Source: an uncultured Gemmatimonadales bacterium
GTDB taxonomy: Bacteria; Gemmatimonadota; Gemmatimonadetes; Gemmatimonadales; GWC2-71-9
Assembly (NCBI GenBank): GCA_963730185.1
Contig: CAVSQW010000015.1
Coordinates: 1-64,000 of the forward strand
Direction: 5' to 3'
DNA: 64,000 nt
Position 1 is the first letter of the stretch; every line of letters starts with the position of its first letter. The notes under the pieces were generated by a model. The model was not told where the DNA came from. It worked only from the letters and a program-made list of their open reading frames with translations, and did not search any database. Below are positions 19,839 to 32,809 of the stretch, in pieces. Position numbers and translations under genes: made by a program.

Positions 19839-20235
19839 GAGAGCGACCAATCGGAAACCGGCGGCCGACGCGCCGACCCCACGCCGCCTCGAGGCGGTGC
19901 CGGGCGCCGCCCCGGCGCGCGAGTCGCTCGCCCTCGACCGGGTCATCCACGAACGGGTCCGGTTGGCGATCGTCAGCGCCCTGGCGGTCGACGACACCCT
20001 CTCCTTCAACGACCTCAAGCGCCTGACCGGCGCCACCGACGGCAACTTGAGCGTCCATGCCCGGAAGCTCGAGGAAGCCGGCTACCTGACTTACCGAAAG
20101 TCCTTCGAGGGCCGGATGCCCAAGACCGAATACCAGCTGACCCAGGCGGGCCGGGACGCGCTGGAGCGGTACGTGGGGCACATGGAGGCCCTGATCGCGG
20201 GGATGCGAGGGGAGGGACGGGGAGGGACGAGGTGA
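19831..20235 (+). CDS. Winged-helix transcriptional regulator (HTH_34/MarR-like)
   Basis: LDRVIHERVRLAIVSAL, TDGNLSVHARKLEEAGY, PKTEYQLT. Confidence 0.9.
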   Translation: MAKRATNRKPAADAPTPRRLEAVPGAAPARESLALDRVIHERVRLAIVSALAVDDTLSFNDLKRLTGATDGNLSVHARKLEEAGYLTYRKSFEGRMPKTEYQLTQAGRDALERYVGHMEALIAGMRGEGRGGTR

Positions 20236-20300
20236 GACCAGGCGAGACTAGGCGAGACTAGGCGAGACTTGGCGAGACGGGGAGGGACGAGGTGGGGCGG
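20211..20300. repeat. Degenerate 10-bp tandem repeat (GGCGAGACTA-like, about 9 units)
   Basis: ggagggacgg ggagggacga ggtgagacca ggcgagacta ggcgagacta ggcgagactt ggcgagacgg ggagggacga ggtggggcgg. Confidence 0.8.
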
Positions 20301-20323
20301 GGGCCCTTTTTTTCGGAGGCTAT

Positions 20324-20340
20324 ACTTTGTGAGGCAAAGT
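20324..20340. promoter_or_regulatory. Inverted-repeat operator over the uppS start codon
   Basis: Perfect ACTTTG-N5-CAAAGT, AT-rich in a GC-rich background. Confidence 0.65.
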
Positions 20341-21081
20341 TGGGGCGGACACGTCGGCATCGTCATGGACGGCAACGGGCGTTGGGCCCAGGCGCGCGGG
20401 CTCGACCGGCCGGCCGGCCATCGGGCGGGCGCGCGGACGGCGGAGCGGATCATCGAGTCGGCGCCGGCGCTTGGGATCGGGACGCTGACGTTGTTCGCCT
20501 TCTCGGCGGACAACTGGAAGCGGCCGGCGGCGGAGGTTCGGGCGTTGATGGCGGTGCTGGAGCGGGAGCTCCGGCGCCAGGCGAGCCGGTGCGTGAAGCA
20601 CGGCATCGAGCTGACCGTGATCGGGCGTCGGGATCGGGTGCCGGCGGGCGTCCTCCGGGCGATCGACCGAGCCGAGGCGGCGACCTGGGGTGGAGCGACG
20701 CTCCGACTCCGGCTGGCGATCGACTACTCGGCCCGGGAGGGCCTGCTCCGGGCGGCTTCGCTCCTCGCTGAGGCGCCCCTGGGGCGGCGGTCGGCCGATG
20801 CCTTCGCGCTCGCGCTGGCCCAGGCGGAGCACGCCGGCCGGGTCACGCCGCCCGTCGACATCTTCGTGAGGACGGGCGGCGAGCGGCGCTTGAGCGACTT
20901 CCTGCTCTGGGAGAGCGCCTACGCCGAGCTCTTCTTCCGGCCCGAGCCATGGCCGGACTTCGGGCCGGAGGCGCTGGCCGAGGTCATGGCGGAGTTTCAG
21001 GGGCGGGAACGGCGCTTTGGCGGGTTGGGTGGGACCGGGGCGGCCAACGACGACACGGGGTACGGACGGGGAGCGGCGTGA
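20329..21081 (+). CDS. uppS: cis-Prenyl (undecaprenyl-type) diphosphate synthase
   Basis: GGAGG before GTG 20329; HVGIVMDGNGRWA, FAFSADNWKRP, RTGGERRLSDFLLWE. Confidence 0.92.
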   Translation: MRQSWGGHVGIVMDGNGRWAQARGLDRPAGHRAGARTAERIIESAPALGIGTLTLFAFSADNWKRPAAEVRALMAVLERELRRQASRCVKHGIELTVIGRRDRVPAGVLRAIDRAEAATWGGATLRLRLAIDYSAREGLLRAASLLAEAPLGRRSADAFALALAQAEHAGRVTPPVDIFVRTGGERRLSDFLLWESAYAELFFRPEPWPDFGPEALAEVMAEFQGRERRFGGLGGTGAANDDTGYGRGAA

Positions 21082-21668
21082 TGATACCGGTATTCGTGGG
21101 AATGCTGATCGTGCTGGGCACGCTGGTGCTGGTGGGGTTCGGGCTGGTGGTCGCGATCGCCGGGTCAGTGACCCGTCGGGCGGGCGTGGTCCGGGCGGGC
21201 GCGACCCTGGCGGGGCTGGCGCTGCTCGGTTGGGGCGTCGCCTGGGTCGCGGGATACGTGGCGTCGCCGAGCCGAGTCGTGCCGGTGGGTGAGGAGCTGT
21301 CGTTCTGCAGCCTCGACTGCCACCTCCACGTCTCGGTGGTGGAGGCGCGCCGGAACGGCGGCCTGGCCGTCACGCTTCGCTTCCGGAACGACGCTCGTCG
21401 GGAGCCGGAGTACCCGTTCCACCTCGACATCGTGGCCCGCGATTCGGCCGGGCGGCTCTATCCGCCTTCGAGCGGGCTGGTGGCCGAGCCGCTCGGGGCG
21501 GGGCAGACCGTCGAGCGGGAGTTCCGGTTTGCGCTGGCCCCGGACGCCGGGGCGCCGACCCTGATGGTGCGGTACGACGGCTGGATGGATTACCTGGTGC
21601 CGGGCCGGGGCAACGCGCTGGTCCAGGGCCGGGTCAGGCTAGGGCTGGGAGAGACTCCGAAAGCCTGA
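21081..21668 (+). CDS. Hypothetical membrane-anchored protein
   Basis: TGATG coupling to uppS; two TM helices then a beta-rich domain with FCSLDCHLH. Confidence 0.75.
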   Translation: MIPVFVGMLIVLGTLVLVGFGLVVAIAGSVTRRAGVVRAGATLAGLALLGWGVAWVAGYVASPSRVVPVGEELSFCSLDCHLHVSVVEARRNGGLAVTLRFRNDARREPEYPFHLDIVARDSAGRLYPPSSGLVAEPLGAGQTVEREFRFALAPDAGAPTLMVRYDGWMDYLVPGRGNALVQGRVRLGLGETPKA

Positions 21669-21690
21669 CCGGCGGCGCCCGGGCCCCGAA

Positions 21691-22494
21691 TCAGGCCGGC
21701 GGCGCGATCGTGCCCTGCAGCACGGTGACCGCCTGACCGGTGAGCCGGACCCGCTGGCCGGCCAACTGGACCCGCACGGTGCCGCCGCGGGCCGAGGCCT
21801 GATAGCCCACCATCGCGGTCTGGCCGAGTCGGCCGCCCCAATAGGGCCCCAGGGTGCAGTGGGCCGAGCCGGTGACCGGGTCCTCCGGCACGCCCGCCGC
21901 CGGTCCGAAGAACCGCGACACGAAGTCGAGTCCCTTCCGATCGCCGGGCGCGGTGACGATCACCCCGCGGCAGGGGAAGCCCGTGAGTCCCGCCATGTTG
22001 GGCACCAGTTCCCGAACCCGGGCGGCCGAGTCGGTTACCACCAGATAGTCCGGCTGGGCGACCTGGTTGATCAGGACCGAGGCGGTCTCGATGCCTAACG
22101 CCGGCAGGAGGCCGGCCGGCGGGGTCGTCGGCACCGGCGGGGTGGCCGGGAAGTCGAGCGTGATGCCCTCGGCCGAGCGCTCGGCGGTGAGCAATCCGCT
22201 CCGGGTCCGGAAGCGGGCCACCACGTCGGGCCCGAGCCGGGTGGTCTCCCAGAGAAAGTGTGCGCTGGCCAGGGTGGCGTGGCCGCAGAGGTCCACCTCG
22301 TAGGCCGGGGTGAACCAGCGGAGCCGGATCTCGTCGTCTTCGGCCCGCAGGAAGGCCGTCTCCGCCTGGTTCATCTCCAGGGCGACCGACTGCATCCAGG
22401 CGTCCGGCGCCGGCGCGTCGAGCCAGCAGACGCCGGCCGGGTTACCGGCGAAGGGAACCGCCGTAAAGGCGTCAATCAGATGCAGGGTAGGCAT
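21691..22494 (-). CDS. PhzF family isomerase/epimerase
   Basis: IDAFT..FAGNPAGV, MNQAETAF, EVDLCGHATLA, EDPVTGSAH. Confidence 0.95.
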   Translation of the reverse strand: MPTLHLIDAFTAVPFAGNPAGVCWLDAPAPDAWMQSVALEMNQAETAFLRAEDDEIRLRWFTPAYEVDLCGHATLASAHFLWETTRLGPDVVARFRTRSGLLTAERSAEGITLDFPATPPVPTTPPAGLLPALGIETASVLINQVAQPDYLVVTDSAARVRELVPNMAGLTGFPCRGVIVTAPGDRKGLDFVSRFFGPAAGVPEDPVTGSAHCTLGPYWGGRLGQTAMVGYQASARGGTVRVQLAGQRVRLTGQAVTVLQGTIAPPA

Positions 22495-22501
22495 GGGGAC
22501 C

Positions 22502-22554
22502 CGTGAGTCGTGAGTCGTGAGTCGTGAGTCGTGAGTCGGGCGTGAGTCGTGAGT
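22502..22554. repeat. Heptamer tandem repeat (CGTGAGT)x5 + x2
   Basis: Read directly; fills the oppF-phzF spacer. Confidence 0.9.
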
Positions 22555-22559
22555 TGGGA

Positions 22560-23546
22560 CTAGGCCGGGCCGGACGGAGTGGTGGCGTGATGGCAGGCGA
22601 CCTCGGCGTTGCCCAGCGGGCGGAGCAGGGGGAGCTCGGTCCGGCAGCGGGCGTCCTTCTTGGGATGGAAGCAGCGGGACGCGAAGGGGCAGCCGGGCGG
22701 CGGGGTCGCGGGGCTCGGCGGGTCGCCGGGAAGCACCAGGCGGGTCCGCTGACCGGCCGGGTCCGGCTCGGGCACGGCCGAGAGCAGCGCCTGGGTGTAC
22801 GGGTGACGGGGCTGCTCCAGGATGGTATCGCGGTCGCCCTGCTCCACGATCCGGCCGAAGTACATCACGGCCACTCGGTGGGCGATCTGCCGGACCACGG
22901 CCAGGTCGTGCGCGATGAACAGGTAGGCCAGGTTCCGCCGGGCCTGAAGGTCGAGCAGCAGGTTCAGCACCTGGGCTTGGACCGAGACGTCGAGGGCCGA
23001 GACCGGCTCGTCGCACACCACGAACACCGGATCGACCGCCAGCGCCCGGGCGATGCCGATCCGCTGGCGCTGGCCGCCGCTGAACTCGTGCGGGTAGCGG
23101 GTCGCGAGGCTCGGGTCGAGGCCGACTTCCGCCAGCAGCTGCCCCACCCGCGACGGGATCTCGCGGGCGGGCAGGAGCCGGTGGATCTCGATCCCCTCGG
23201 CGACCGAGGCGCCGACCGTCATCCGGGGGTCGAGCGAGCCGAACGGATCCTGGAAGACGATCTGCATCCGTCGGCGGAGGCCCCGGAGGGTGCGGCCGTC
23301 GGCGGCGAAGACGTCGGTGCCCTCGAACGTAACCCGTCCAGCCGTGGCGTCGACCAGCCGGAGGATCGAGCGGGCCACGGTGGTCTTGCCCGAGCCCGAC
23401 TCGCCCACCAGGGCCAGGGTCTCGCCCGGCGCCACCGAAAACGAGACCCCGTTCACGGCGTGAATCACGGTCCGGCCGCCCAGGAGGCCGCCCGATCCGA
23501 AATGGGTGACCAGGTCGGTGACCTCGAGCAGGGTCGGGCCGCTCAT
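22560..23546 (-). CDS. Oligopeptide/dipeptide ABC transporter ATPase (OppF/DppF-like)
   Basis: GESGSGKT, FSGGQRQR, VCDEPVSALD, HPYT, GCPFASRC. Confidence 0.95.
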   Translation of the reverse strand: MSGPTLLEVTDLVTHFGSGGLLGGRTVIHAVNGVSFSVAPGETLALVGESGSGKTTVARSILRLVDATAGRVTFEGTDVFAADGRTLRGLRRRMQIVFQDPFGSLDPRMTVGASVAEGIEIHRLLPAREIPSRVGQLLAEVGLDPSLATRYPHEFSGGQRQRIGIARALAVDPVFVVCDEPVSALDVSVQAQVLNLLLDLQARRNLAYLFIAHDLAVVRQIAHRVAVMYFGRIVEQGDRDTILEQPRHPYTQALLSAVPEPDPAGQRTRLVLPGDPPSPATPPPGCPFASRCFHPKKDARCRTELPLLRPLGNAEVACHHATTPSGPA

Positions 23547-24523
23547 GCCGGGCCCCGCTCGAGGAGGAAGCAGCGGGCCCGGTGCGCCTCGCCCGCGGCG
23601 CGCCAGTCGGGCGAGTTCTGGTCGCAGGGCTCGAACCGCGCCGGGCAGCGGGGGTGGAAGCGACACCCGGACGGCCAGGCCGACGGCAGCGGCACCGTGC
23701 CGGGGATCGGCGCCAGGCGGCGGATCGGGCCGGTCAGCCGGGGAATGGAGTCGAGCAGCGCCTTGGTGTAGGGATGGGCCGGGTGGGCGAAAAGGGCCGC
23801 AGTCGGGGCCTGCTCCACCAGCTGGCCGGCGTACATCACGGCCACCCGGTCGGCCCGGCCCGCCACGACGCCGAAATCGTGGGTGATCAGGAGCACGGCC
23901 ATCCGGCGGCTGGTGCGGAGCCGGTCGAGCAGCTCGAGAATCTGGGCCTGAACGGTCACGTCGAGCGCCGTGGTGGGCTCGTCGGCGATCAGGAGGTCGG
24001 GCTCGCCGGCGAGAGCGATGGCGATCATGACCCGCTGGCGGAGACCGCCGCTCAGCTGATGGGGATAGGCCCGGTAGCGCCCGGTGGGGTCGGGGATCCC
24101 GACCTCCTCCAGCAGCGCGATCACCCGGTCGTGCGCTTCCGTCCGGGGCATCTTGCGGTGGGCGGTGACGGCTTCGCGGACCTGGTAGCCGATGGTGAGG
24201 ACCGGGTTCAGGCTGGTCATCGGGTCCTGAAAGACGAGGCCGATCCGGCGGCCGCGGATCCGGCGAAGGGCCTCGCCCTCGAGGTCCATGACGTCCTCGC
24301 CTTCGAGGACCATCCGGCTGGCGGGGTCGATGACTCCGGGGTGCGGTACCAAGCGGAGGAGCGCCAGGCCGGTGAGGCTCTTGCCGCTCCCCGACTCGCC
24401 CACCAGGGCCAGGACCTCGCCGGCGTCGAGGTGGAAGCTCACGCCGTCGACGGGATGGACCGGGGCGCCGTCGGGCCCGGGGAACGCGATCCGCAGGTTG
24501 TCGACTTCGAGCAGTGGGGTCAT
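23543..24523 (-). CDS. Oligopeptide/dipeptide ABC transporter ATPase (OppD/DppD-like)
   Basis: [35 protein letters not shown]. Confidence 0.95.
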   Translation of the reverse strand: MTPLLEVDNLRIAFPGPDGAPVHPVDGVSFHLDAGEVLALVGESGSGKSLTGLALLRLVPHPGVIDPASRMVLEGEDVMDLEGEALRRIRGRRIGLVFQDPMTSLNPVLTIGYQVREAVTAHRKMPRTEAHDRVIALLEEVGIPDPTGRYRAYPHQLSGGLRQRVMIAIALAGEPDLLIADEPTTALDVTVQAQILELLDRLRTSRRMAVLLITHDFGVVAGRADRVAVMYAGQLVEQAPTAALFAHPAHPYTKALLDSIPRLTGPIRRLAPIPGTVPLPSAWPSGCRFHPRCPARFEPCDQNSPDWRAAGEAHRARCFLLERGPA

Positions 24524-25362
24524 GCGCTTCGAGGGTCGAAGGCGGCGCGGAGGGCGTCGCTCACCAGGTTGACGGCCAGCACGGTCACCACGATGGCGAG
24601 GCCCGGGAAGAGCGCGGTCCAGGGAGCGCTCGCGATCACCTGGCGGGCGTCGAGCACCATCGACCCCCACGAGGGGGTCGGCGGCTGCACGCCCACGCCG
24701 AGAAACGAGAGGCCGGCTTCGAGCAGGATCACGTCGCCCATGCCGAGGGTGGCAGTGACCAGGACGACCCCCAGGACGTTCGGGACCAGGTGACGAAAGA
24801 TAGTGTGGCCCGGGCGGGCACCGAGCGCCAGGGCCGCCTGCACGAAGCCCTCGCTCCGGAGCCGGAGGACCTCGCCGCGGACCAGGCGCGAGGTGCCGAA
24901 CCAGCCGGTCGCGCCGATCACCAGGATCAGGGCGGCGAGCGGGACCCGCTCCCAGACGGCGAGCAAGAGCAGCAGGACGAAGAGTCGGGGCACCGCCAGC
25001 GCGGCGTCGACGAGCCGCATGAGCAGGGCGTCGAGCCATCCGCCCACGAAGCCGGCCACCACTCCCACGGTCACGCCGATGGTGAGCGACAGGGTGACCG
25101 ACAGGGCGGCGATCGAGAGCGAGACCCGCCCGCCGAACGCCACCCGCGAGAGAACGTCGCGGGTGAGGGCGTCGGTGCCGAACGGATGGGCCAGACTGGG
25201 CGGCTGGGCCCCGGCGCCGAGATCCGGGATCGCGATCGGGCTCCGAAAGAGCCAGGGTGCGACGACGGCCGCGAGCACCAGCAGGGCGAGGGTGGCGAAG
25301 CCTGCCTTGGCGCCTGGTTTCCGCCAGGCGCGTCGCAGCGTGGCGAGCAGACTTCCGGTCAT
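24520..25362 (-). CDS. Peptide ABC permease (OppC/DppC-like)
   Basis: HPFGTD, GGRVSL, EAGLSFLGVG..PPTPSWG. Confidence 0.95.
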   Translation of the reverse strand: MTGSLLATLRRAWRKPGAKAGFATLALLVLAAVVAPWLFRSPIAIPDLGAGAQPPSLAHPFGTDALTRDVLSRVAFGGRVSLSIAALSVTLSLTIGVTVGVVAGFVGGWLDALLMRLVDAALAVPRLFVLLLLLAVWERVPLAALILVIGATGWFGTSRLVRGEVLRLRSEGFVQAALALGARPGHTIFRHLVPNVLGVVLVTATLGMGDVILLEAGLSFLGVGVQPPTPSWGSMVLDARQVIASAPWTALFPGLAIVVTVLAVNLVSDALRAAFDPRSA

Positions 25363-26333
25363 GGGGCGCGGGTCCGGGGGTCGAGAGCGTAGTAGGCGAG
25401 ATCGGTCGCCACCCCGCCCACCAGCACGCCGCCCGCCACCAGCATGGCGGTGGCCATCAGCACCGGGTAATCCCGGGCCATCACCGCGTTGGCGGCGAGC
25501 GAGCCGAGGCCGGGCCAGTTGAAGACGAACTCGACGAAGACCGACCCGGAGACCAGGATCGGGAGCCAGAGGCCCAGGAGCGTGACCACCGGGAAGAGGG
25601 CGTTCCGCCAAGCGTGTCGCCAGACGACCTGCCCTTCGGTAAGGCCCCGGGCTCGGGCGACCCGGACGAAGTCGAGCCGGAGCACCTCCAGCAGGGCGGT
25701 CCGCTGGTAGCGCATCGTCACGGCGATGGTGACCACCGAGAGGGTGATGGCCGGGAGGGCCAGGTGGCCCAGCAGGTCGACCATGCGCGCGCCGAGGGGC
25801 GCGTCGGGAGCGAGCAGCGGGTCGTGCATCTGCGCCGCCGGAAAAACGTGCCACCGGACGCTCAGCCAGGTTACCAGCATCAGCGCCAGCCAGAAGCTCG
25901 GCATGGCGTAGCCGGTGAGGGCGAGCCGGGTGAGCCACCGGTCCAGGCGGCTCCCCCGGCGTTGGGCCTGGATCACCCCGAGCCAGACGCCGAGCGTGAA
26001 ATTGACCAGCAGGACGGTGAGGCCGAGCAGGAGCGAGGGCATGATCGCGCGGCCGACCAGGCCGGTGACCCGGCGGGGGTAGTGCTCGATCGAGACGCCC
26101 AGGTCGCCCCGGACGGCGCCGCCCAGAAAGCGCCCGAACTGGACCAGGGGCGGCTGGTCCAGTCCGAAGAGACGCTCCAGGCGGGCCCGCTCCTGGGGAA
26201 GCATGCCGCGATCGTCCGACAGGCGCTCGAGCGGATCGCCGGGGGTGAGCCGCATGAGGAAGAAGAGGAGGGCCGACACCAACGCGAAGGTGACGACGGC
26301 CTGGGCCAGCCGGCGGGCGAGCCAGGCGAGCAC
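25359..26333 (-). CDS. Peptide ABC permease (OppB/DppB-like)
   Basis: PGDP, GDLGVS, FVRVARARGL, FNWPGLG, RDYPV, LDPR. Confidence 0.95.
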   Translation of the reverse strand: MLAWLARRLAQAVVTFALVSALLFFLMRLTPGDPLERLSDDRGMLPQERARLERLFGLDQPPLVQFGRFLGGAVRGDLGVSIEHYPRRVTGLVGRAIMPSLLLGLTVLLVNFTLGVWLGVIQAQRRGSRLDRWLTRLALTGYAMPSFWLALMLVTWLSVRWHVFPAAQMHDPLLAPDAPLGARMVDLLGHLALPAITLSVVTIAVTMRYQRTALLEVLRLDFVRVARARGLTEGQVVWRHAWRNALFPVVTLLGLWLPILVSGSVFVEFVFNWPGLGSLAANAVMARDYPVLMATAMLVAGGVLVGGVATDLAYYALDPRTRAP

Positions 26334-26334
26334 G

Positions 26335-27969
26335 CTAGCGACCTAACGCGTCATCGCGGGCGATTCGATGAGCGGGGTCGACCGACCAGCGCCAGAGGTC
26401 CGCCCAGGGCGAGTCGGAGCGGAAGCTCACGTTCCGGTAGCGGGCGCTCAGCACCACCACGTCGGCCGGCGAGTAGAGGAACACGGCCGGTGTGCCGGCC
26501 TGGAGGGCCGCGATCGCCGCCCGCCAGGAGCCTTTCGGGTCGGTCACGTCGTGGATGGCATGATCCAGCGCCTGGTCGAACGCCGGGTCGCAGACCCCGC
26601 CGACGTTGGAGTCGACCGGACCGGCGCAGCTCCAGCTCTGGACCAGGCCGCTGGGGGTCGGATCGAGGCCCGCCTGGCTGAAGTCGAGGTCGAAGTCGCC
26701 GGCCTTCCGGCGGCCGTACCAGACGGGGCCGTCGAGGCGCACCAGCTGAAGATCCACCCCGACCTCGCGAAGCATCGCCTGGACCGCCTCGGCGAGGGCC
26801 ACCCGGGGAACGCTGGTCCCCGGATAGATCAGCTCGAGCGAGAGCTTGGCGCCGTTCCGGTCGCGGATCCCGTCGCCGTCGCTGTCCTGCCACCCCTCGC
26901 GGGAGAGGAGCTGGCGGGCGCGGGCCGGGTCGAATGGCGGGCCGGGCGGCGCCACCCGCCGGACCCAACTGGCCCGGCCGAACGGCCCGTCGGCCACCGA
27001 GCCGTACGGTCCGAACACCGACCGGAGCAGGCGCCGGCGGTCGATGGCCAGGGCGATCGCCCGGCGGACGTTGGCGTCCTTGAGGATGGGATGGGGCCTG
27101 GACCGGTCGCCGGGAAGCCGCTGGTTGAAGAGCAGGTAGCCGACGCTCAGGGACGGGAAGGTCTGGATCCGGAGCGCCGGCTTGGCCATGACCGGCGCGA
27201 TGTTCCGGGCGATCAGAAAGCCCTCGAATGCGTCGGCGGTCCCGTCGAGCACGAGATTGAGCTGGGCCTCGGCGCTCCGGACCAGGAGGAAGATCACCCG
27301 CTCGATCTTCGGGGCGCCGAGAAAGAAGTCGCGATCGGCGACCAGCTCCACCTGGCGGCCCGGATCGACCCGGCCCCAGCGATAGGGGCCGTCCCCGACG
27401 GGCGCGGCGGCGAAGCTCGAGGTCGCGAGGCGCGCGGCGGGAATGGTGTCGAGCAGGTGGGCGGGGAGCGGCGGGGCGTGGAACACCGCGTCGTACATCT
27501 GCTCGGGGTACGCCTCCGTGAAGTGGAAGACCACCCGATCCGGCCCCTCGGCCTCGACTCGGTCGATCCGGCGGAGGAGCAGGGCGAACACCGGGGAGAT
27601 GGTCGAGTCGCGAGCGCGGTCGATGCTCCAGACGACGTCCCGCGAGGTGACCGGCTGGCCGTCGTGCCAGCGGGCTCGGGGATCGAGCTCGAAGACCAGG
27701 GTCAGGGGATCGCGGCGCGACCACGAGCTGGCCAGGGCCGGCTCGTAGCTCGCTGCGTTGGTGATGTCGAGGTCGTGGCTCACCCGGGCGAGCGGTAGGA
27801 AGAGCAGGGCGCCGACGTCGACGTTCTGCTTGAAGCTCGACAGCGTCGGCACCGGCAGGGTGGGCTCGGCGCCGAGCACGATGGTGATGGTTCCGTGGTC
27901 CTGCTGGCCCGCCGCGGGCGTGGCCGCGACGCTCCAGGCGAGCCAGCATCCGAGCACGATCCGGCGCAT
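26335..27969 (-). CDS. Peptide ABC substrate-binding protein (family 5)
   Basis: GGAGGT before ATG 27969; signal peptide; WHDGQPVTSRDV, PVGDGPY. Confidence 0.92.
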   Translation of the reverse strand: MRRIVLGCWLAWSVAATPAAGQQDHGTITIVLGAEPTLPVPTLSSFKQNVDVGALLFLPLARVSHDLDITNAASYEPALASSWSRRDPLTLVFELDPRARWHDGQPVTSRDVVWSIDRARDSTISPVFALLLRRIDRVEAEGPDRVVFHFTEAYPEQMYDAVFHAPPLPAHLLDTIPAARLATSSFAAAPVGDGPYRWGRVDPGRQVELVADRDFFLGAPKIERVIFLLVRSAEAQLNLVLDGTADAFEGFLIARNIAPVMAKPALRIQTFPSLSVGYLLFNQRLPGDRSRPHPILKDANVRRAIALAIDRRRLLRSVFGPYGSVADGPFGRASWVRRVAPPGPPFDPARARQLLSREGWQDSDGDGIRDRNGAKLSLELIYPGTSVPRVALAEAVQAMLREVGVDLQLVRLDGPVWYGRRKAGDFDLDFSQAGLDPTPSGLVQSWSCAGPVDSNVGGVCDPAFDQALDHAIHDVTDPKGSWRAAIAALQAGTPAVFLYSPADVVVLSARYRNVSFRSDSPWADLWRWSVDPAHRIARDDALGR

Positions 27970-27989
27970 GCCGCGACCTCCGTCCCGGG

Positions 27990-28768
27990 TCATCGCTCCC
28001 AAGTCCAACGATCGGATCGGAATCGGTTCAAATGTAATGCCGCTCGCTCGGTCAGGTCCGGCGGCGGCGCGGATTCGAACCCCGCGATCCCCGCTCGGGC
28101 CAGCCCGTCCGCCAGGGCGGCCGCCGTCTCGTCGAAGCCGATCCGGCGGCCCAGCACCGCGCTCAGCGGGGCTTCGGGGGCGGGGGCCGGGGCGCGATCG
28201 CCGTCGGCCCGGCGGGAGACTTCCCGCACCAGGGCTTGATCGTCCTCCAGGAGGAGCGACCCGTGCTGGAGCAAGGCTCGCTCGCCCCGGCGCTGGGCGC
28301 TGCCCAGGATCTTCCGGCCGCCCACCACGAGCTCGCCGCCCACCGCCTGGGCGAAGCAGGCGCCGGCCGCGAGGCCCGGGGTCAGCCCGGGCGGGGCCAG
28401 ATCGGGGCGGACGCCAAGTCCGGCCAGGGCCCCCGCAAGCCACCGGTGGATCTCGTGATATGCCGCGCGGAGCCCGCCCAGCTCGCCGAGCGGCATGGCC
28501 ACGGCGTAAGTCAGCTCGCGGGCGTGCCAGACGGCCCGGCCACCGGTGGGCCGGCGGACGCACTCGACCCCGAGCGCGGTGATCCGGTCGCGGTCGTAGC
28601 GGCGGGTGGCGGGCTCATGGAGCCCGAAGGAGAGGCAGAACGGTTCCCAGTGATAGAAGCGGAGCCAGGTTCCGCCCCGGGTCTCGGCGAGTTCCCACAT
28701 CGCCACGTCCCGGGCCATGTTCTCGAACCCGGGACGGGGCGTGCCGTCGATCCAGCCGACGGCCCTCG

Positions 28769-28772
<4 letters not shown>
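27990..28772 (-). CDS. Lipoate-protein ligase/octanoyltransferase (LipM/LplA family)
   Basis: [39 protein letters not shown] overlap with gcvP. Confidence 0.9.
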
Positions 28773-31636
<2,864 letters not shown>

Positions 31637-31674
31637 GGCTGCACCTTCACCCGATCAGGGTTGGGAATGACGAA

Positions 31675-31699
31675 GCCCCGGGTTGCTCCACCCCGGGGC
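31675..31699 (-). terminator. Hairpin between gcvH and gcvP
   Basis: GCCCCGGG...CCCGGGGC stem followed by TTCGTCATT on the minus strand. Confidence 0.4.
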
Positions 31700-31729
31700 G
31701 TATCGTGAGGCTCACTTCATCCCTCGGGG

Positions 31730-32119
31730 TCAGGCGCCGATATGGGCCCGGTACGCTTCGGCCGTGAGCAGGGTATCGAGCTGCCCGGGATCGTCCGCTT
31801 TGAGGCGGATCATCCAGCCTTCTTCGTAGGGCGACCGGTTCACGGCCGCGGGGTCAGCGTCGAGCCCGGCGTTCACTGCGACGATCTCGCCGGCGAGCGG
31901 GCTGTAGAGATCGGAGACCGCCTTGACGGCTTCGATGGTTCCGAAGACTTGGTGGGCGTCGAGCTTCTCGCCGACCTTGGGCAGGTTGACGAACACCACG
32001 TCGCCCAGCTCGCCCTGCGCGTAGTCGGTGATACCGATCTCGATCACGCCGGCGGCGCCCGTCGACCGGGTCCACTCGTGCTCGGCGGTATAGCGAAGAT
32101 CGTCGGGTACGTTCGCCAC
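31730..32119 (-). CDS. gcvH: Glycine cleavage system H protein
   Basis: YTAEHEW, GITDYAQGELGDVV, IEAVKAVSD lipoyl-lysine. Confidence 0.97.
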   Translation of the reverse strand: MANVPDDLRYTAEHEWTRSTGAAGVIEIGITDYAQGELGDVVFVNLPKVGEKLDAHQVFGTIEAVKAVSDLYSPLAGEIVAVNAGLDADPAAVNRSPYEEGWMIRLKADDPGQLDTLLTAEAYRAHIGA

Positions 32120-32147
32120 TCGAAACCCCGTGGGAGAATGCGGCTTC

Positions 32148-32176
32148 AGGATACCCCGGCCCGGTGCCGGGGTCAA
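32148..32176 (-). promoter_or_regulatory. Sigma70-type promoter for the gcvH operon
   Basis: TTGACC, 17 nt, TATCCT on the minus strand; -35 overlaps the coaE stop. Confidence 0.65.
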
Positions 32177-32790
32177 GCGGAACCGGACTCGTCCTTGCGC
32201 CGCTCCAACGCCTGAAATACCGCCCACGCGCGCCGTTCGAGGGTCGCGAGGTCGGCATCGTTGTCGATCACGAAAGTGGCCCGGCTTCGCTTGGCCTCAG
32301 CCGGCATCTGCGCGGCGATCATTGCCTTGGCGCGATCGGGGCTGAGCCGCCGGTCGGCCACCAGCCGGGCCTGCCGAATCGGAACGGGGGCGTCGACCAG
32401 CACCACGGCGTCGAAGCCGGCCGGGTCCATGGCCTCGAAGAGCAGGGGAATGTCGCTCACCACGATCCGGTCCCCGCGTCGGCGGGCCTCCTCCAGGCGG
32501 AGGGCGCGCTCGGCGGCGACGGCGGGATGAACGATCTTCTCGAGCGCCGCCCGCTCCTCCGGCGACGAGAAGACCCGGCGGCCGAGGGCCGCGCGGTCGA
32601 GGGTCCCGTCGGAGGCCACGACCGTGGGGCCGAAGCGGGTCACGATCGCCTCGAACACCGGCCGGCCCGGCCGTTGGAGGGTGTGGACGATCTGATCGGC
32701 GTCGATCACGGTGGCGCCCCAGCGCTCGAAGTGCCGGGCCACGGTCGATTTCCCCGAGGCGATGTTGCCGGTGAGGCCGACGCTCAGCAT
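32173..32790 (-). CDS. coaE: Dephospho-CoA kinase
   Basis: VGLTGNIASGKST, IDAD, LEKIVHP, DIPLLFE. Confidence 0.95.
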   Translation of the reverse strand: MLSVGLTGNIASGKSTVARHFERWGATVIDADQIVHTLQRPGRPVFEAIVTRFGPTVVASDGTLDRAALGRRVFSSPEERAALEKIVHPAVAAERALRLEEARRRGDRIVVSDIPLLFEAMDPAGFDAVVLVDAPVPIRQARLVADRRLSPDRAKAMIAAQMPAEAKRSRATFVIDNDADLATLERRAWAVFQALERRKDESGSA

Positions 32791-32809
32791 CGGGATTCGG
32801 GGTGGGGCC

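Noticed and set aside
32120..32172. Glycine riboswitch upstream of gcvH
   Set aside because: The leader is too short and no aptamer motifs were recognised
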